Of a stretch of DNA of 64,000 bases, positions 13,676 to 28,800 are shown one piece after another. The notes beneath the pieces were generated by a model. The model ran no database searches and was not told the DNA's origin. It saw nothing but the letters and a program-made list of their open reading frames with translations. This DNA is from Lepidodermella squamata (Eukaryota; Animalia; Gastrotricha): positions 3,348,001 to 3,412,000 of the forward strand of contig JBLDXI010000024.1 in the NCBI GenBank assembly GCA_047495785.1, written 5' to 3'. A program made the translations under genes and the position numbers. Numbering within the stretch: position 1 is the stretch's first letter; each line of letters opens with the position of its first letter.

Positions 13676-13744
13676 GCGGCTCGTCGGTGTCACTTTGAAT
13701 GTGACTCCAGGGAGCACCACGAGGAGGTCAGCCGCAAGTTCCCC
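13676..13744 (-). ncRNA. HDV-like self-cleaving ribozyme fold downstream of the copy B stop codon
   Basis: The minus strand reads GGGGAAC-UU-GCGGCUG-ACC-UCCUCGU-GGU-GCUCCCU-GG-A-GUCAC-AUUCAAA-GUGAC-A-CCGA-C-G-AGCCGC. This gives P1 (G1.U wobble, one A-C mismatch), P2, P3, L3 UCCUCG, P1.1 CC/GG, a P4 hairpin and J4/2 CNRA. Confidence 0.85.
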
Positions 13745-13817
13745 ATAACAAAAATAAAGCGCAAATTATTTTGGAAGCTACCGCAGAATGAATAAACACA
13801 GTACAGTGGTGCATTTT

Positions 13818-16800
13818 TTACAACATGACTGGACTGGCTGCGAATATCACGGGCGAAGTTACCGTTAATCAGCCTTTTAACTTACAAGTACATTTCGACG
13901 GTAACCATGGCTTGCTCCAGCCAGTGTAATTCAGCACTCCCCATGTTTTGTTGGCTTTTAAATTTCAAGCATAATTTAAATTTAGGAAAACAAGTGAATA
14001 CTTACCAACACATGCAATAACAACCTGGCTGTCCCATGATAACGGGTCCAGAGTCTCGATGTCATAACATTCGTATGTGAAATTAGTAGCAAATTCATAG
14101 ATCGCATTTGCCGTAGCCGGAACTACGCCAGATATTTTGACATTGGGATAAATCGGCGGACTGTCGCAATTCAAGGGGATACAAACACCAGGTGTTTTCG
14201 GCTCCCACTGCTGGCTATCGCCGCAGTAGATAGTTTTCGATTTAACATAACTATCACCGTCTTTGAAAGTGTAACCGCGGACACAAGTGTACTCCCAGGT
14301 TGTGTGCGCCCTGTTCTGAACATCATAAGGCAGTGGATCAGGAATGGTGAAATTATTCCATGAATAATCCACAACAGGAGGCATAGGACATCGCGTGGAT
14401 TTGCAGATGATTTCTTCGCCGGTCCAGTTACCGTAAGGCTTGGCGCAGATTCGAACAGGCAAACCGGTTGAAACCATCATGAAGTCATCGGCGCATTGAT
14501 AGAAGAGAGTCATGGTCCCTGCCGAAACTTCGACATTTGGCAGACGAACAGCGCTGCTGTTTGATAAATCGGGATACATACCACACAGTGTCCGGCAATC
14601 CAGCCAATCACCGACCCATCTTTGTGTGCCGCTGTCGCACGTCAGAACAGTAGTATCACCCTGCCACTTTGAGTTTGTGAAACCAGGAAAACAAGTGTAA
14701 TTCACTGAGATCTTCGAAGTGAAGTCCGAGGTGACAATCTCTTGCGAAGTTCCTGTCATAGTGGGCGGAGGTCCACATTGACCTGGGAAATAACCGCAGT
14801 CGTCCATTCTGAAATACGTATCAGTTCCTGTTTCGGGGTCTCCCTCACCCGGGACGCATGTGTCATTTCTTATTTTGCAGTCACCTTGGCTGGAGCTTTT
14901 CAGGGTGAAAACTGCTGTTTTACATATCCAGCTACCATACGCTGTGCAATAACTAGTGCATTCGGTTGCAGTAACTTGCTTGGTAACCGTGTAAGAAATG
15001 CCCTCGTCACAATTGAAATTTGCAATTTTCACGTATCTCCCAGGTTTGGTAGGTCGCCGGACTTTCATGGATGTCCATGATAAATTCGGATCATAGCCGT
15101 TTTTGAATGTGTACCAATACATTTGGGCACTCTCAGGGGATTGCTTGCCATAAATAGCGTTAAGATTGGATGTCTCGGCAGTTGAACTAGACGAGACGCA
15201 TGGGGTAGGTTGGTCGAACCACCAGCCGCCACACAGGTCGAAAATGAAGAAATTTCCATTCAGCGCTTTGAGGGAGTCACCGGCAGTGGAACAAGCCTGG
15301 TAGTTCGCTATGTTCAGTGTGTAGGCATCACTCTCGGTGTAGAAAAGCTTATAATAAGCAAAAGCGTATTCATTTCCGGATCGCATTTCAACCAGCAGCT
15401 CGAAATTAGCAGCGGCCGTCAGGCCTTTGATAAGTCTGTTGCCCATCCAGTAATTGCTAGCAATCGAACCAATCTGATAATCATAACCAGCCAAGTCAAG
15501 CATGAACGTTGTCGTGTCATCAACACGCCGTTGGATTTGGGTCCATCCTCCACCGAAAGTCTCCATATCGCAAAAAGCGTTGAAGGTAATTGGCGACCCA
15601 GCTCCATTTTCTGCAACCATGTCGCTGAAAGTTTGCGACAGATAGCGGCTAGTTATTGGCAGATTGGCTTGCTTCCAAGTGCAGTCATTTGGCACAGAGT
15701 AAGCTTCAAATTCGAGAATGAATTAACTCAAGTTAATTGATGATTTATAGATGAAAATCTTACGTTTGCAAACAAGATCACTTCCAGAATATACTCCGCT
15801 GCGATCGGTCAGCATTAATCTGTTGCGATCACCGGAAATTTGTCTGAAGGCATGATTGCACTTGTGGCTGTAGGTTGCCTTTCTCCAGTGACAAACTTGG
15901 GAAGTTGAAGCCTTAGGGCGATACGGGGTATCGGCAACTTTCGGTTTTATCGCCATTTGTGTAGCTAAACATGACTTGTCCCAGCCCGTTAATGGCGACC
16001 AGTTAAGACCATAACCCCAATTCGTACTGCCCCAATTTGCTGAATTGAGGTTAGCCCACATCCGGCAACCAGGGTTGTTATCAGGCCACGCCCAGCTACC
16101 ATCAATTGGAGGGTACCACCAAGCACCAAAATATTTAGTGTCATGCCAGTTCATGCAAGCCTTCATGGACCCTCTATCAGGTGTTTGGAAAGGTTGGTCG
16201 TTGTGATGCCACACGTCGAATGCATCGCCTGCATATAGGTTACTCGGCGTTGATGAGTCATAATTCTTCAGCTTGATTCGATAATCTTGCTTTTCGGAGT
16301 ATATTTTAACGTCATCATAATAGGCGTATTTCCATTGTGAGTCGATGGGACTTTTGCAACCCACAAGGAGGGCGTACGGCGCTGACATTGTCAAACGGCT
16401 GACTACGTCAAGCCCAAGCCAATAATCTCCATTCAACCCCTTTGTTGGGCTCGAGAAACCTCTTTTATAGTCGTCCCAGCCTCGCCAGAAGTCTGTCTCG
16501 CCATCAGTTCGTCTCTGAATGACAGTCCAACCTGTGCCTCGATTGGGATAATCTGTCGAATTATAGTTGGTTGAGTAATCGCAGTACGCTTGGAATTCAG
16601 TGCCGTCAGATAGCGTCAAAGTACTGACACCAGAGTTGCTGGCAGCCGTAAGGCAGTCTCTATTCCTCATTCGACGCTTGATAGCGATTTGGGTTGCTGC
16701 CATGGAGACTTTATCCTTTCCTAGAGTATACCAGTTTACTCCAACGTAACTACGAGGATCGCCGAAAAAGCCGTTCAAGTCAGCTCTCGTCTGGGAGCAA

Positions 16801-19800
16801 TCTGTTGGCAGCCACCAAGGACCTTGGTTATTCGTAATGATACAACTTTGACTTTGACCCTTGTCAAAAGTGGAAAATGGTTGATAATTCGACGTCCCCA
16901 TAGATTCTCCGGCCGCTTGCTTCAGATCTGTTTGCCAGTCAAACCCTTCAACTGCGATTGCGTAACCATCTTGTTCACTCAACAAGTAAAACTCGTTATA
17001 GTAGGCATAGTATGTCTGATTATCAACAGGATTCTGTAGTGATATCAGAGCTGAGTAAGCTTGAGACTTGGTCAACTGGTAGACAGTTTCCAGACCCAGC
17101 CAAAAGTCGCCATTCAATCCATCTGGGCCCGAAAAGCCGTTTCTATATTCGCCGTAGCTTCTGTTGAAAAGTACATCGAAATTCGTTCGCCTCTGGATGA
17201 CGATCCAACCCAAGCCTGCCGATTTACTTTTCGAAGTGTAGTAAGTCGTCATATCGCAGTAGACCTGAGTTGGCTTCATCCCGTAGGGATAGATGTAGTA
17301 AATTCCATCGTCTGCCATGCCCTGTCCCAGCATATCGACGCAATCGATTGGTTTGGGCCCACGTCTTCTGACCATCATGGTTGCGGACTTCAGGCTTTCA
17401 TATCGACCTTTCCAAGGGGCCCAGTATAAGCCACCTTCCCAAGTGTTGACGTCATAGAGGCCGTTCAGATTGCTCTCGCAACATTTCCCATTATCCCAAT
17501 AGCCGCCATGCCACCACCATCCTGTACTCTTGGAGGCTGAACAGCTGGAAGCAGCTACGTCTTTCGTTCTGAATGGCTGCCAGTTGTGCACACTCAGCCC
17601 GTCTCCAGCCACTTCCATCGCATCGTTCTCTGAATTGTAGCCATAGACAAGAAGTTCGTAACTCGTGTTGCTATGCAGCCAAAACGCGTCATATCTCGCA
17701 GTTCGCTTCTCGCCGTTGTAGTCCTCGAGAACAACAGCCAGTTCGTAAGGAATCCGAGTGTACTCAATGTTGGTCATGGCCCAGATCCATTTGTTTCCCA
17801 AGTAGTAGGCGCCGTTGGGTGAGCCGAAACCTCGAATGTAAGTGGTGAAGTTCTGTTCGAAGCTCACGCTTGGGTCGTTGTATCGACGTTGGATAACTGT
17901 CCATCCACCCTCGAGGGCATTCATCTCACAATATGCTGTGAAACTATCCCCGGTAACAGTATACAGCGTATAAGCTGAGCTCGCAGCACTGGGGTTGGCT
18001 TCTCTGATGTCCAAACAGTCACTTGGATAAGGAAACTGGGGTCGCAATTCTAAAAAGTAAACCATGACATAGCTGATACTTCTATGGCAAGGATCTTACG
18101 CTGCATCAAGAATGGCAAGGGAGATCGTCTAATCATCATCTTTGTTGACTTCATGCTTTCCCAGAAGCCCCGCCAAGTTGCCCACGTGATCATCGATCCC
18201 TCAGTTTTGGCAGAAGCCATTCCGTTTAGGTTGGCCGAAGTGCAGTCTTTCACTTCACTAGCTGGCTTGTACCACCAACCTCCAAATCCTCCTTTCGCAC
18301 AGCCGAATGAGGTCGCACTTCCTGTATCGTTGTCGTAAGTATAGAATCGCTGGTTGTTCGCCTTGGGTAGGAACGAGTCATAAGCAGAGCAGTCGTAACC
18401 AGCCACGTGCAGGGTAAAGCCGCCTGATTCAGGATCGATGTAAAAATCTCTGTAATAAGCCATTTGCTCCACATCATCGATCGAGGTTAGCACGATGATC
18501 ATGTCATAACGGTTCATTGAGGTCGTGATAGTGTTGATGTAATTGTTACCTAGCCAATAGTTGATCCCCAGCTCACCAAACCCGGAGCGATAATCATCCC
18601 ATTTTTGATAGAAACTTCTTTGTGCGTCTAATCGCTGCTGAAAAACTGTCCAGCCTCCGCCGTAGCTGTTCATATCGCAGAACACTGAAATCGGAGCTTT
18701 CGAGCCTGGAGGGTAAATGTTGTAGATTCCATCGGTGAGAGCGGGCTGGCGTAATGCATGGTCTTCGCAATCTACCTGTAGCATTGACCATTGATCTGAG
18801 CAAGAGCTAAGGTAATACCGAGATTCATAGAGTTACTTATCATACCGCAATGAGGCCAAGGGTTTTCTTGATAACCAACTCCAAATGAAGTGGAATAGCC
18901 AACAGGGCACAAGCATTGGCACCCTTTCTCGTACGTACAGCAAGTAGAGCAAGGAGCATGAGGTGGACAACCGTAGACTTTGAAAAAGGATTCGGCCTGA
19001 GGTCCTATGAACGTAACCGGCACAATTCTCAAAGTCTTTGTCCTTATGTTTGGGCAGAAATTCGTTGTAGCATAAAAGGACAAGCTGCGAGCTCCAGGGA
19101 AAACCTTGACACCTGATACAGGATTGGCTTGTTGATTGAGTATCGGGTAAAATAATCTGTCATTTGTCTTTTCAACCAAGAACCACAGCGAGTAAGACGT
19201 GACAAGTCGATCTACGCTCGATCTACTTCTTCCCTTGACTGCTAGAGAGGAAATCGACGTAGATTTTCCAAAATTTATCTGAAAAAATTGACGGCCATCG
19301 TTTAGTGGTGCCGGGGTATAGAAGATGGCGGCATTTTCGACGCTATCGAAGCTGACCCAATCGGTTGGGCCATTTGAAACGCTCAATGATCCGCCCCATT
19401 TCGTCAAGGCCTCTGGAAGCAACTCGTTGTTACAAACTATGTTTAGGATAGGAGATTTAGGAATGTTCGTATCACTGGTGAATATACCTGGCGGTTGAGC
19501 GTCAATGTAGTAGTTTTTTCCCGATGCAATTGTGGAGCAAGATGTACCGGTCCATCTACGGTAGAAATGAAATGAGTTCAGGGTTATCGAGAACCAAACC
19601 CTACTTACCCCACCGGGCAATTACAAGAGCAAATGCCTATCGAGTCACAGCAATCGAAACCTTAACAAAACGATTTGATACATTGGTCATCGACTACATT
19701 AAAATTCACATCTTTTCCCCTTTGCTGAGCAACCGAATATGTCAATAACCATCGTTGGCTTGGTATTGTAGTCGACAGGTATGATTTTCATAGCTTTGAG

Positions 19801-22800
19801 CTTCATTGGAGGACAGAATGTCTGTAGTGTGGGAGCGGTCGCATTCATTGGACCAATGAAAAGCCTCGGAGACTGGTCGATTCCGGTGTAGTAGTTAAAA
19901 GTATACTCGTAGCCTGTATGCGACCATTGAACATAATAGGTTTTGATCCATTCGCCATTCTTTGTTGGATCATTGCTGCCAGTCATGACGAGGCCTGTGA
20001 CAACTTTCAAAATGGCAAACTCGATTTTCCAGAAAGATCGACCGTCGTCATAGGTTCGTGGTGACCAGCCTTTAATTGGGGTATTTCTATCTCCTTGTGC
20101 TAAACCGTTCGCATCATCGGGGGATCCACTGTCAGCAGTTATCTGATGGGTAATGTAAGGATAATAGCTAGCCCCATCAAACAGCTCATGCCAACAGTCG
20201 CACAAGCTGGTAACTGGAAATTTTAAACAAAAATAGAGATAGCATTGAGTGAATAAAGATTCGGATTACATTTGGCGGTGCTAGCGCAACCTTTGATATC
20301 CGCACGAAGGAAAGGCTTCACAGCATAGGACAGGATCCACAATGTTAATTCAGCAGCTTGAAGCCTAGGGCATATTTCTTGAGAGTTTCGAGTTGATTCA
20401 GCGCCATTTCCAGCAAAAATAATCGGTGCCAATTTTGTCCAAAACGCGGTTGATTTGTGAAGATGAACATGAAGTTCTTTGGAGCCAGGTAAGGCGCGAT
20501 AGCTGACGATGTAGTGCAGTATGCGCCCTGAACCGCCGGAAAGTCCCTCAGTTCCGATGGATCGGACGAAGATAGGGCCATTAGAAAACTTGAACCTAAC
20601 CCATGCAGGATCACCAGGGGTGTTAGCGGCAGACAGGTCAGGACACCATCCCAAGTTAGTCTGGGCCAGGTTAGACGGAGGATATGACCCAGTGCCATCA
20701 GTGTAAACGGAACTGGCTTCGTAACCATTCACTCCAACGTAGGAGCTGGAAAGCACGCTGTCAGCACAGGCTGATGAATAAGTGCCAGCTGGGGAAAGCA
20801 ACATTTGGAAGCATGCGCGTTGCAATCAAAAACATTATTTAACAAACTCTTTGTGCACTTGATAGTGGGCGGCAGTGCTGCTTTTTCGCAAAGAGCGATA
20901 TCACTATTCTGCATATCGATATCATTCATGCCGATACCGCAATCCCACCAGAAATTGCCAACGATTTCATAGTTTCCGGCAAAATCAGGTTGCCCTTGTA
21001 GCCAATTCAGATAAACAGTATCGTTCATCCGAGTACCGTCGTCCATTTCCCAAAATTCCGGCTTCTCCGGAAAATCGTACATCTTCAAAAGCGACATTCC
21101 AACATAGACCGGATCGCGCCAGTGCGTCAAGTATCTAGCGAATTTGGCCTCCATGGGATAGTTTGTTGCTACCAGGTACGAGTTCATGAATTCACATTGC
21201 TGCCGGGCACTGCGAAACTTATGACCACCGACAGTTCCAATTTTTTTGTAACACTGTCCATTGAAAAAGTTCTGAAATAAAATTGAAAATTACTTACGCC
21301 CTAATTCGCAACACAAGAATCAACAATACCCAGCCTATTTCACACTCCAAACAGGGTAAAGGTCGCTCGCAGATGAAAAACGCATTGATTGCGTTAGTGT
21401 CCACGGTAGTCCTGACTCTAACAGAAGTACTGTTCCAGTAAAGATAGGCCCACTTATGGGTGTTTTGAGGGGAGCCGTCGGCCCAAAATGTCGAATCATT
21501 TGCTGCACCAAAAACGCCATTAGGGAAGGGTGCGTTATTATCAAGATCCCAATCTGTTTCGCAATAATAAAATGTTCAATATAAAAAGGTAAATATCTCT
21601 ACTTTCATCTGGATCGCCGACTTGAGAGATGGCAGCTGAATCAGGCGTCCGCCTCATCCGAAGACTGTTGTCCAGGCCAACCCAGATTGCAGAACCCGTC
21701 ATCATACTGCTGCTCGAGTTGATAAATGCAACGAGCTGAGCGAACGCTTTGGCATCAGTTATCGATACCAAATTGAAAGTGTTGAAGGCGTCGTAGCAAT
21801 AGCCTCGAGCGTCGAAAGGGCTTGTTTTTGTGACAGAACTAATTTCCAAAAATGACTTTAAGACGCATTGATCGAGCAACAAAAGCCTTACGTGACAAGC
21901 TTGTAGCAGGTCGATCCGACTGATGTGAAGCCTTCAGGGCAAAGATCTGAGCAAGCGGCAGCCGAAGGCACCGTGCAAACAGGGATTGACAGGTCTTGAC
22001 AATTACGGGTGTAGATGTACTGATTATTGTTAATCCGAGTGCATGGTTGGTACCAATTGTTACTCCACGGCAGAGATGCTAGCCTGTTGTTTGGATAACT
22101 TTCCCATGTCGATGGCTCGCCCTCCCATTCGTAAGCCGCTAGCGAGAAAAACGACTTCTTACAAAATATTGAGGCTTGAGTTATGACCTCTCACTTTTGT
22201 TTCTGAGAACCAAATCGAGCCAGAACCCCTCCTGTTGCAGTTCGTTCATTGCTCGAGTCATCACTTGGGTCTCGTAACGCTGCAACAGCGTCAATGGCCG
22301 CAGTCCAGCTGCCTGGCATTTGCTCACCATTTTAGGCCTATCAGCCGTATCACTGAATAGCCAAACGCATTTATTAGGTGCGACTCGATAGCCAGCATTG
22401 AGCTTCGTGAGACCAGAATCGTCAGACGGCACTTGGCACTCTGAAAATTTCACGTGTGATAGGCTCGAATATTATCACAGGGTGTGTCAAAGAAACGCAA
22501 CCGAATTGGGTTGAAAAGGCGAGAATTTGTATGCATGCACGATTTCCGATCCCAAGTTTCCTAGTCTATGTAGTCTGAACAGTGGGAACGCTAGCCAATG
22601 ACTGTACTATTTATGTAAAATGATTCATGCAAAAAAGGCAAACACTTTTTGACCTAAACACCGGATCAACGAGTAAACGGCAATTCGAAAATTTTGTCAA
22701 CGTAAAATTGCATGAAATTGTTTCCTAATTTATGAGGAAATTTTGTAAATCAGTCAGTTATAAATTCTTACCTAGGCAAGTTGTCGGTGTATTTGCATAC

Positions 22801-25800
22801 TCGCAAATGAAACGAAATTTCGTCGACGTGTCGAATGATGTTATGTTACCAGCTGGTCCACTGGTAACAGTTCTTGAATTATTGCAGAATGGAATAAGTA
22901 AGTTGTCAGCTTTTGACAGAAGTGCTCCATAGCAATCTGGCGTTGTTGGCCAAGATGAGTCTCCGATTATTGATTCTGCATAAGACGTCATTTAAGGATA
23001 ATTATGGTACTGCCAATAACTTACTGCTCAAAGCTTGCGTAGCATTGCCCGCCGAGTTTGGCCATGCCCAAATACCATAAGAATCTGAAAGAATTGCTAC
23101 GAATTGCTGCGAAACTAATTTCTAGCTGAAAGCCTTACTTAGAGATAGAGAAGTCCAGTAGTAAGGATCGACGGCTTTGGCATGGTTTATCAAGGTTTGT
23201 ACTTTATCCGCAGTGTCTGGTGAGACAAGATAGGCTCCCATTTTCGAGCATTTCCAACTTGCATCATCCCAGGTAGCCCTTAATCCGATTATTATATGTA
23301 TTTTTGAATGGAGTGGGTAATAGGTAATAGTAATCTCACGTTTCATTGGAGAAATAGACGCAGGTATCGGATTTTGTCGAAGGATCCGAGTATCTTATGA
23401 AGGGGCATTTGCAACATCCATCCTATTGAAAATTATGAACAAATAAGATGGTTACTACCGGGCGTCAAAAATATACAAATCAGGATTTTATTGATATAAC
23501 ACTCGCAGTTCATTCATATCTAGATTTTACGCATTCGGTTTGATCGTCTCCACCAAGATGCGCATCGTTTCGATTTGCAAAGACTCAGATATGGATGAAA
23601 TACTCGTCAGATTTCATAAAATTATAGATTTCAAGAGCGTAGATCGGGAAAGTTAACTTACATTGACACAGTCGGGGGTTGCTTGAGTTGTTACTGTTAA
23701 GGTAGCGCCATTGCCGTACAAACCAGACTTCTGGCACAGTACTCTAGCATTGTGGTAAATATTATTGGTCCACCACATGTCGTCCATGTGATCCAACGCC
23801 CCTGAGTATACGACGTCGACTGACGGCCAAAACATGAATGCATACATATATACACTCAAATTGTCATCTGGATGAACATCTAGGGCATCACTGGCTACCA
23901 GGTAGTTACCGCCCAGCCACATCCACGCTGATGCATACACGACCAACCCAGTGAAATATGCGTTACCAGTCGACAACATGTTATTGTGATTTGCCGCAAC
24001 GCGCAGCCACATTAAAGCAGTCTCGGTATTGGCGAGAAACAGATCAGTTGATGCACCTTTGCACCAAGTACGGCCATTTATTATACCTGTCGGATCCCAT
24101 CCAGGATTCTGGTAACACATTTTACCCCACTTATACCAGCCAGCACCCGTAGGACAGAACCAACACGCAGAGTTTACTTCGCATATGTACCGAGCTGAAC
24201 TGTTGAACATGTTGCTACCGACAGGAATGTACCATTGAGAGCGAGACTTGCTGTAAGCCAGGTAGGCAACAAAGTTGTTGGACCCGTCGCTATACGCAGT
24301 AGGGCGTGTTTGCCATATGAGGTAACTCCACGGGGACGGAGAGGGCGCAAATTGATTGGTGGAGATGTCGGTATTCACAATTGGCCCAGTGCCATCTGAC
24401 CAGTACCATTTGCCATCTGGATCTCCGGTATAGCTATTAGAGTAAGTATAGTAATTGGGTGCAGGCATCTTGCGAGCTCGGCGAGCCCAGTCTTGCAAGC
24501 CAATGAAGTAGAATCTGTCAACATTCAAATTCTGCACACCACCATTCATGATGAACTTGTATTCATCCACTGAGTTGAAATTAACAAAGGAAGCTCCGTT
24601 AGCAAGCTTGAATAACAACGGACTTTAAATAAACTAACACGACGTAAAATGAGTTAGTAACTTACGCAAGTTTTCAGGGCATTCATGTAGGTTGTTGAAG
24701 AACTGCAACGAAAATTCAACTTACGTTAATTGTTATTACTAAGGGAAGTCTTACGGAGCCACCCAGTAACAAGCATCATAGCACTCGGAATAGACATAGC
24801 CAGTCGGACAAGTGGCTAAAAATGGCAATCGTTGCACACAGCTCACACAGCTATAAGAACTTACGTGTAGTTGGGCACTTTGAGAATGAGCACGTCTGTT
24901 GGTAACCAAAGGTTCCCGACATCTGACATACCGCTTTGGCCGTGTCTGTGCTTGAAGCCGTCGTCCATTGAGAAGCTGACTGATCGCTAATCCCCGTAAA
25001 GCTGTTCGACTTGCTGATGGAGGTGACCATATAGGCATAAGGCGCTGATCCTGAAGACGAAGCCAAGTCAAAGGAATCAGAACTTGACACGCCGGATCCA
25101 TCAGACCATTCGTAACCTCCTCCGCTAGCTGTTTCAAGCCCGATCCAAATCTTCGTTCCGCTGGACAGCAAACCAGATTGAGCCGTTATCATTCTAACAT
25201 ACATTGTTGTCATTTCAGTTTTGGGATACCACAAGTCAACATTGGCATCGAGGTTTGCACAGACAGCTTTTTTAGCATCATAAGTGCCCTCATCATCATT
25301 TGTGAGCCCTCTGAAGCAGTAAGTGCCGAACTTGGACCACCCAGTCGGACAAATAGTACATGCCGAGTTGTACTCACAAACGTACGCAGCTTGGTAGTTG
25401 AAGTTGTTATCACTCCCAACAGGCAAGTACCACACAGAGTTTCTTGTATCCCATCGCAAGAATGTGATGTAAGGGGCACTGTTCTTGTCACCGGAGATTG
25501 TTGGCTGCTTTTCCCATATCAGAAAGTCGTAGGGATCGGCGCCAGAAACGAAAGTTCCAGCGATTGAATCGTATGAAATTGGTTTTTCTGGAATAGTATC
25601 ATCCTGCCAGGTCCAAATTCCATCGGCATCGCCCGTGTAGCCATTGATCCCGATGGCTAGATTGCCACTAGACCGGCGAACCCAGTCACCCAGACCGATG
25701 AACCAATCCTTTTTCTTATCCAATAATGTTGTTACGTATCTGAACTCGCTGCTAGTATTTAGGTTCACTAGTGTGGAGCTTGCTTTTACCTTATTTCAAA

Positions 25801-28800
25801 GAGCTGAACGTGAACGAATTCTAGCAACGATATGCTTCAACTCACGCAATCAGCAAGTGCGTCCATGTAGCTCGCCGCAGTACTGTCAATAGAATAAGAA
25901 GATAGCCCGAATTCCTATACGAAAAGACAGCTAAAAGCTAAACCTTACCTGACAACTTTGTAACAGGAGTCGAAACATGCCGAGTACGTGAAACCATCCG
26001 GGCAAGTTGCTGTCATGAAATTACTTACCAACTTTAGAAGAAAACAAAGCGGGAGAACTTACGAGTAATTGGACACTTTTTGTAACAGGCGTACTGCGTA
26101 GCAGCCGCTGATGGGATAACATCGCCTTCGCATGCGATTTTCTGCGATGTTTATTTTTATAGATATCCCGCTGATTTACAAAGTCATACATTTCCGCTAT
26201 TCGAACACGGAGAATCATGCCAGCCGTCGAACATCATAGCAGCACATTGGCTACCGGACTGATCATTAGGCTCTAGCCCACCAGCAAGTCTCCAGTTCGC
26301 ATGGTAAGGGCTCGCCATGACCTTGCCAGCTGTGTCCCAATAGTAATCAGCTAAGAATTTTTAATTGTATTATTGATTGAACACGCAGAAATGAGCTTAC
26401 AATCGAGGTGGTTATATCCGATCCAAGCTTGGTAATTCCAAATTCGCCACAAATTGTCGAAACCTCCATTTCCAGTGTTATAGTTAACATCAAGCCCCCA
26501 AGCCCAGTAGAAAGGCTCGAACTGTTGCCTGATAGTAGCTAGGAAACCATTCTTTGCCTGGCAAATCTGTTCAGCTTTCAGCCGGTTCACATAATCATTC
26601 CCCCAGTTTCCGCCTGTTGAAACACCCGTCGAGTAGCATCTGTCGAAAATTCTCATGTTTTCGATCTTATTCCGGCTTGTGCCAGGTTTGCAAACGGGCA
26701 TTGTCGAACACGGATTCCGAATCATGCAAACCATCGGCTGGTAACTCCACCAGTAGTCGTATGTCCGCAACATAGGCCGCTTTTTGTGCTAATGAAGTCA
26801 GATTAGATGTGCTATAATTATAATCATCAATCCGGTATCTTACCGGAATCATGCAGATGAACTCAAGGTCATAACGAGGCTCGCCGCTGTACCACAAGGT
26901 GCTATCGACTTCAACGGGGGGATAAGTTTGCCAGTACCATTTGTTAATCGAATGGTCCCGATAACCACCAATCAATAGGCAAAGGTCATTCCATACGTCT
27001 ACGCTCTTGTCTACAGGCTTCTTGTCCAACTGAATATTCAGCTCGGTCGCTAGCCATTTCACGAAGTTACCCATTTTAGCCTGAGGGTCGCCCGACTCGA
27101 ACGTTGCCAGCGTAGCGCCGGCATGAGTACAGGAAGCATAAGCGTACATTGGCCGAGTTGTGTAGTCATTAAAATTCCACGATGACGGCGTGTTTACAAC
27201 AAAGTAGCAGTTGTTATCCTGCAGAAAAGTTCCACAAGGGCAGCAGTTGTCTACAGTTTGTGCTGGAAGATTACAAAATTATCAAATAATCCTAGTTCCA
27301 GCTAAAATGTCAAAATACGGGCTGATGTGAATCCGGACGGATAGGCACTAGGGTCAAGGCTGAATTTTTTATAAACACTGTCGGCCGTCCAGGTTTTCGC
27401 GTTCTGACTTGTGAACGTTTGATGACCAGCGTAGGAGTTTGTATCAGCTAGAAAATTGAATGGCATTATCACATTTTTGAACCTTGAAAGAAGTTGATAC
27501 TAACGAATAGTGCAGTCGTTTCCCGTCCAGCCATTAGGGCAGTGGCATCTTTGGGTTATGATGAATAATCACGAGCTTTAAGTTAAAATCAAGCTTACTG
27601 ATTTCCTCCGGCGACTAAGCACCAGCCACCTGGAATATTATTGCCGTAAACAACCGATGAATATTTATATATGATCAATGATCAAATACCGTTAGAACAG
27701 GCCGGGTGGCAGACAGCTGGTATAAAAAATAAGTCACGCTATTTCTATTGATTTTTCTGTCTACTTACCTGTCTCGCAACGTGTCCCTCGCCAGAAGTAC
27801 GGATTGCAAGTACATTGGCTGAAAAGTTGGATTCTAGCTAAACTAGTCAAAACTACACATGGGACCTACTTTGGACCTGAACAGTTGCCTCCGTTATAGC
27901 ACCAATCATCTTGGCAGTACCCTTAGACGCGAAAATGTTATTTTTCCGTGCTATCTGTTAAACTTAGGTTTACTGACATTGATCACATGCGTCGCCTTTC
28001 CACAGAAAGTCGCAAGTACAGTTGTTGAGAGCTATGCAAGTGCCATGGCTGTTGCATTCGTTCGAAGACGGACAGGCGGCCAATTTGCAGCTGGGGCCTT
28101 TCCACCCAAATGAACACTGGCAAACCTCAGGATTAACACAAGTTCCCCCATTAGCGCAACCAGTCGAGCAAACAGCTGTAATACTCAAATATATTCGTGT
28201 GAGACATTGCAAAACTAGGCTAAGTACGTGTTTGGCATTGTGCGCCAGACCATCCAGTCGGGCATTTGCATTTGTTCGGCGCGGTACAGTTGCCTCCATT
28301 TTGGCACGATGGATTGCAAACAGCTGTCGAATGTTCGAGATTATTCATGCTATCAATAGGGCAAGGATCAAACTAACGTGTCGTGCATAGTGTACCGTTC
28401 CACTTTGACGTATCACAGGTGCATACGTTAGGTAAGCTACATGTGCCACTATTCTGGCAGCTTGGATTGCAAACAGCTAAAATTCAGGCGATTTGACGCT
28501 GAACTTGATTTTTAAATGTATATACCTACCGATATCACACACAGTTCCGTTGTAGCCTGATTGGCAGGTGCACTTATTCGGAGCGGTACAATTTCCATTT
28601 ACGCACGCAGGGCTACAGATCGCTATGAATGGAACCTATCCTAGGACAATACTTCGAATTTTACTGAAATATTACGTGTGTTACAGGTCGGCCCGGTATA
28701 ATTGCCTGTACACTGGCATGTATTTAGCGCAATGCATGTCCCGCCATTGTTGCATGTTGGTACGCACGTGGCTGAAAAACGCAGTGATTTTTGCGATTGT

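Noticed and set aside
14171-18477. Many antisense and alternate-frame ORFs conserved between copies B and C
   Set aside because: They are shadows of long coding exons, and their conservation simply reflects near-identical DNA.
22478-22770. CAGGGTGTGTCAAA mariner-like end in a copy B intron
   Set aside because: No matching second TIR or TSD was found, so no element can be delimited.
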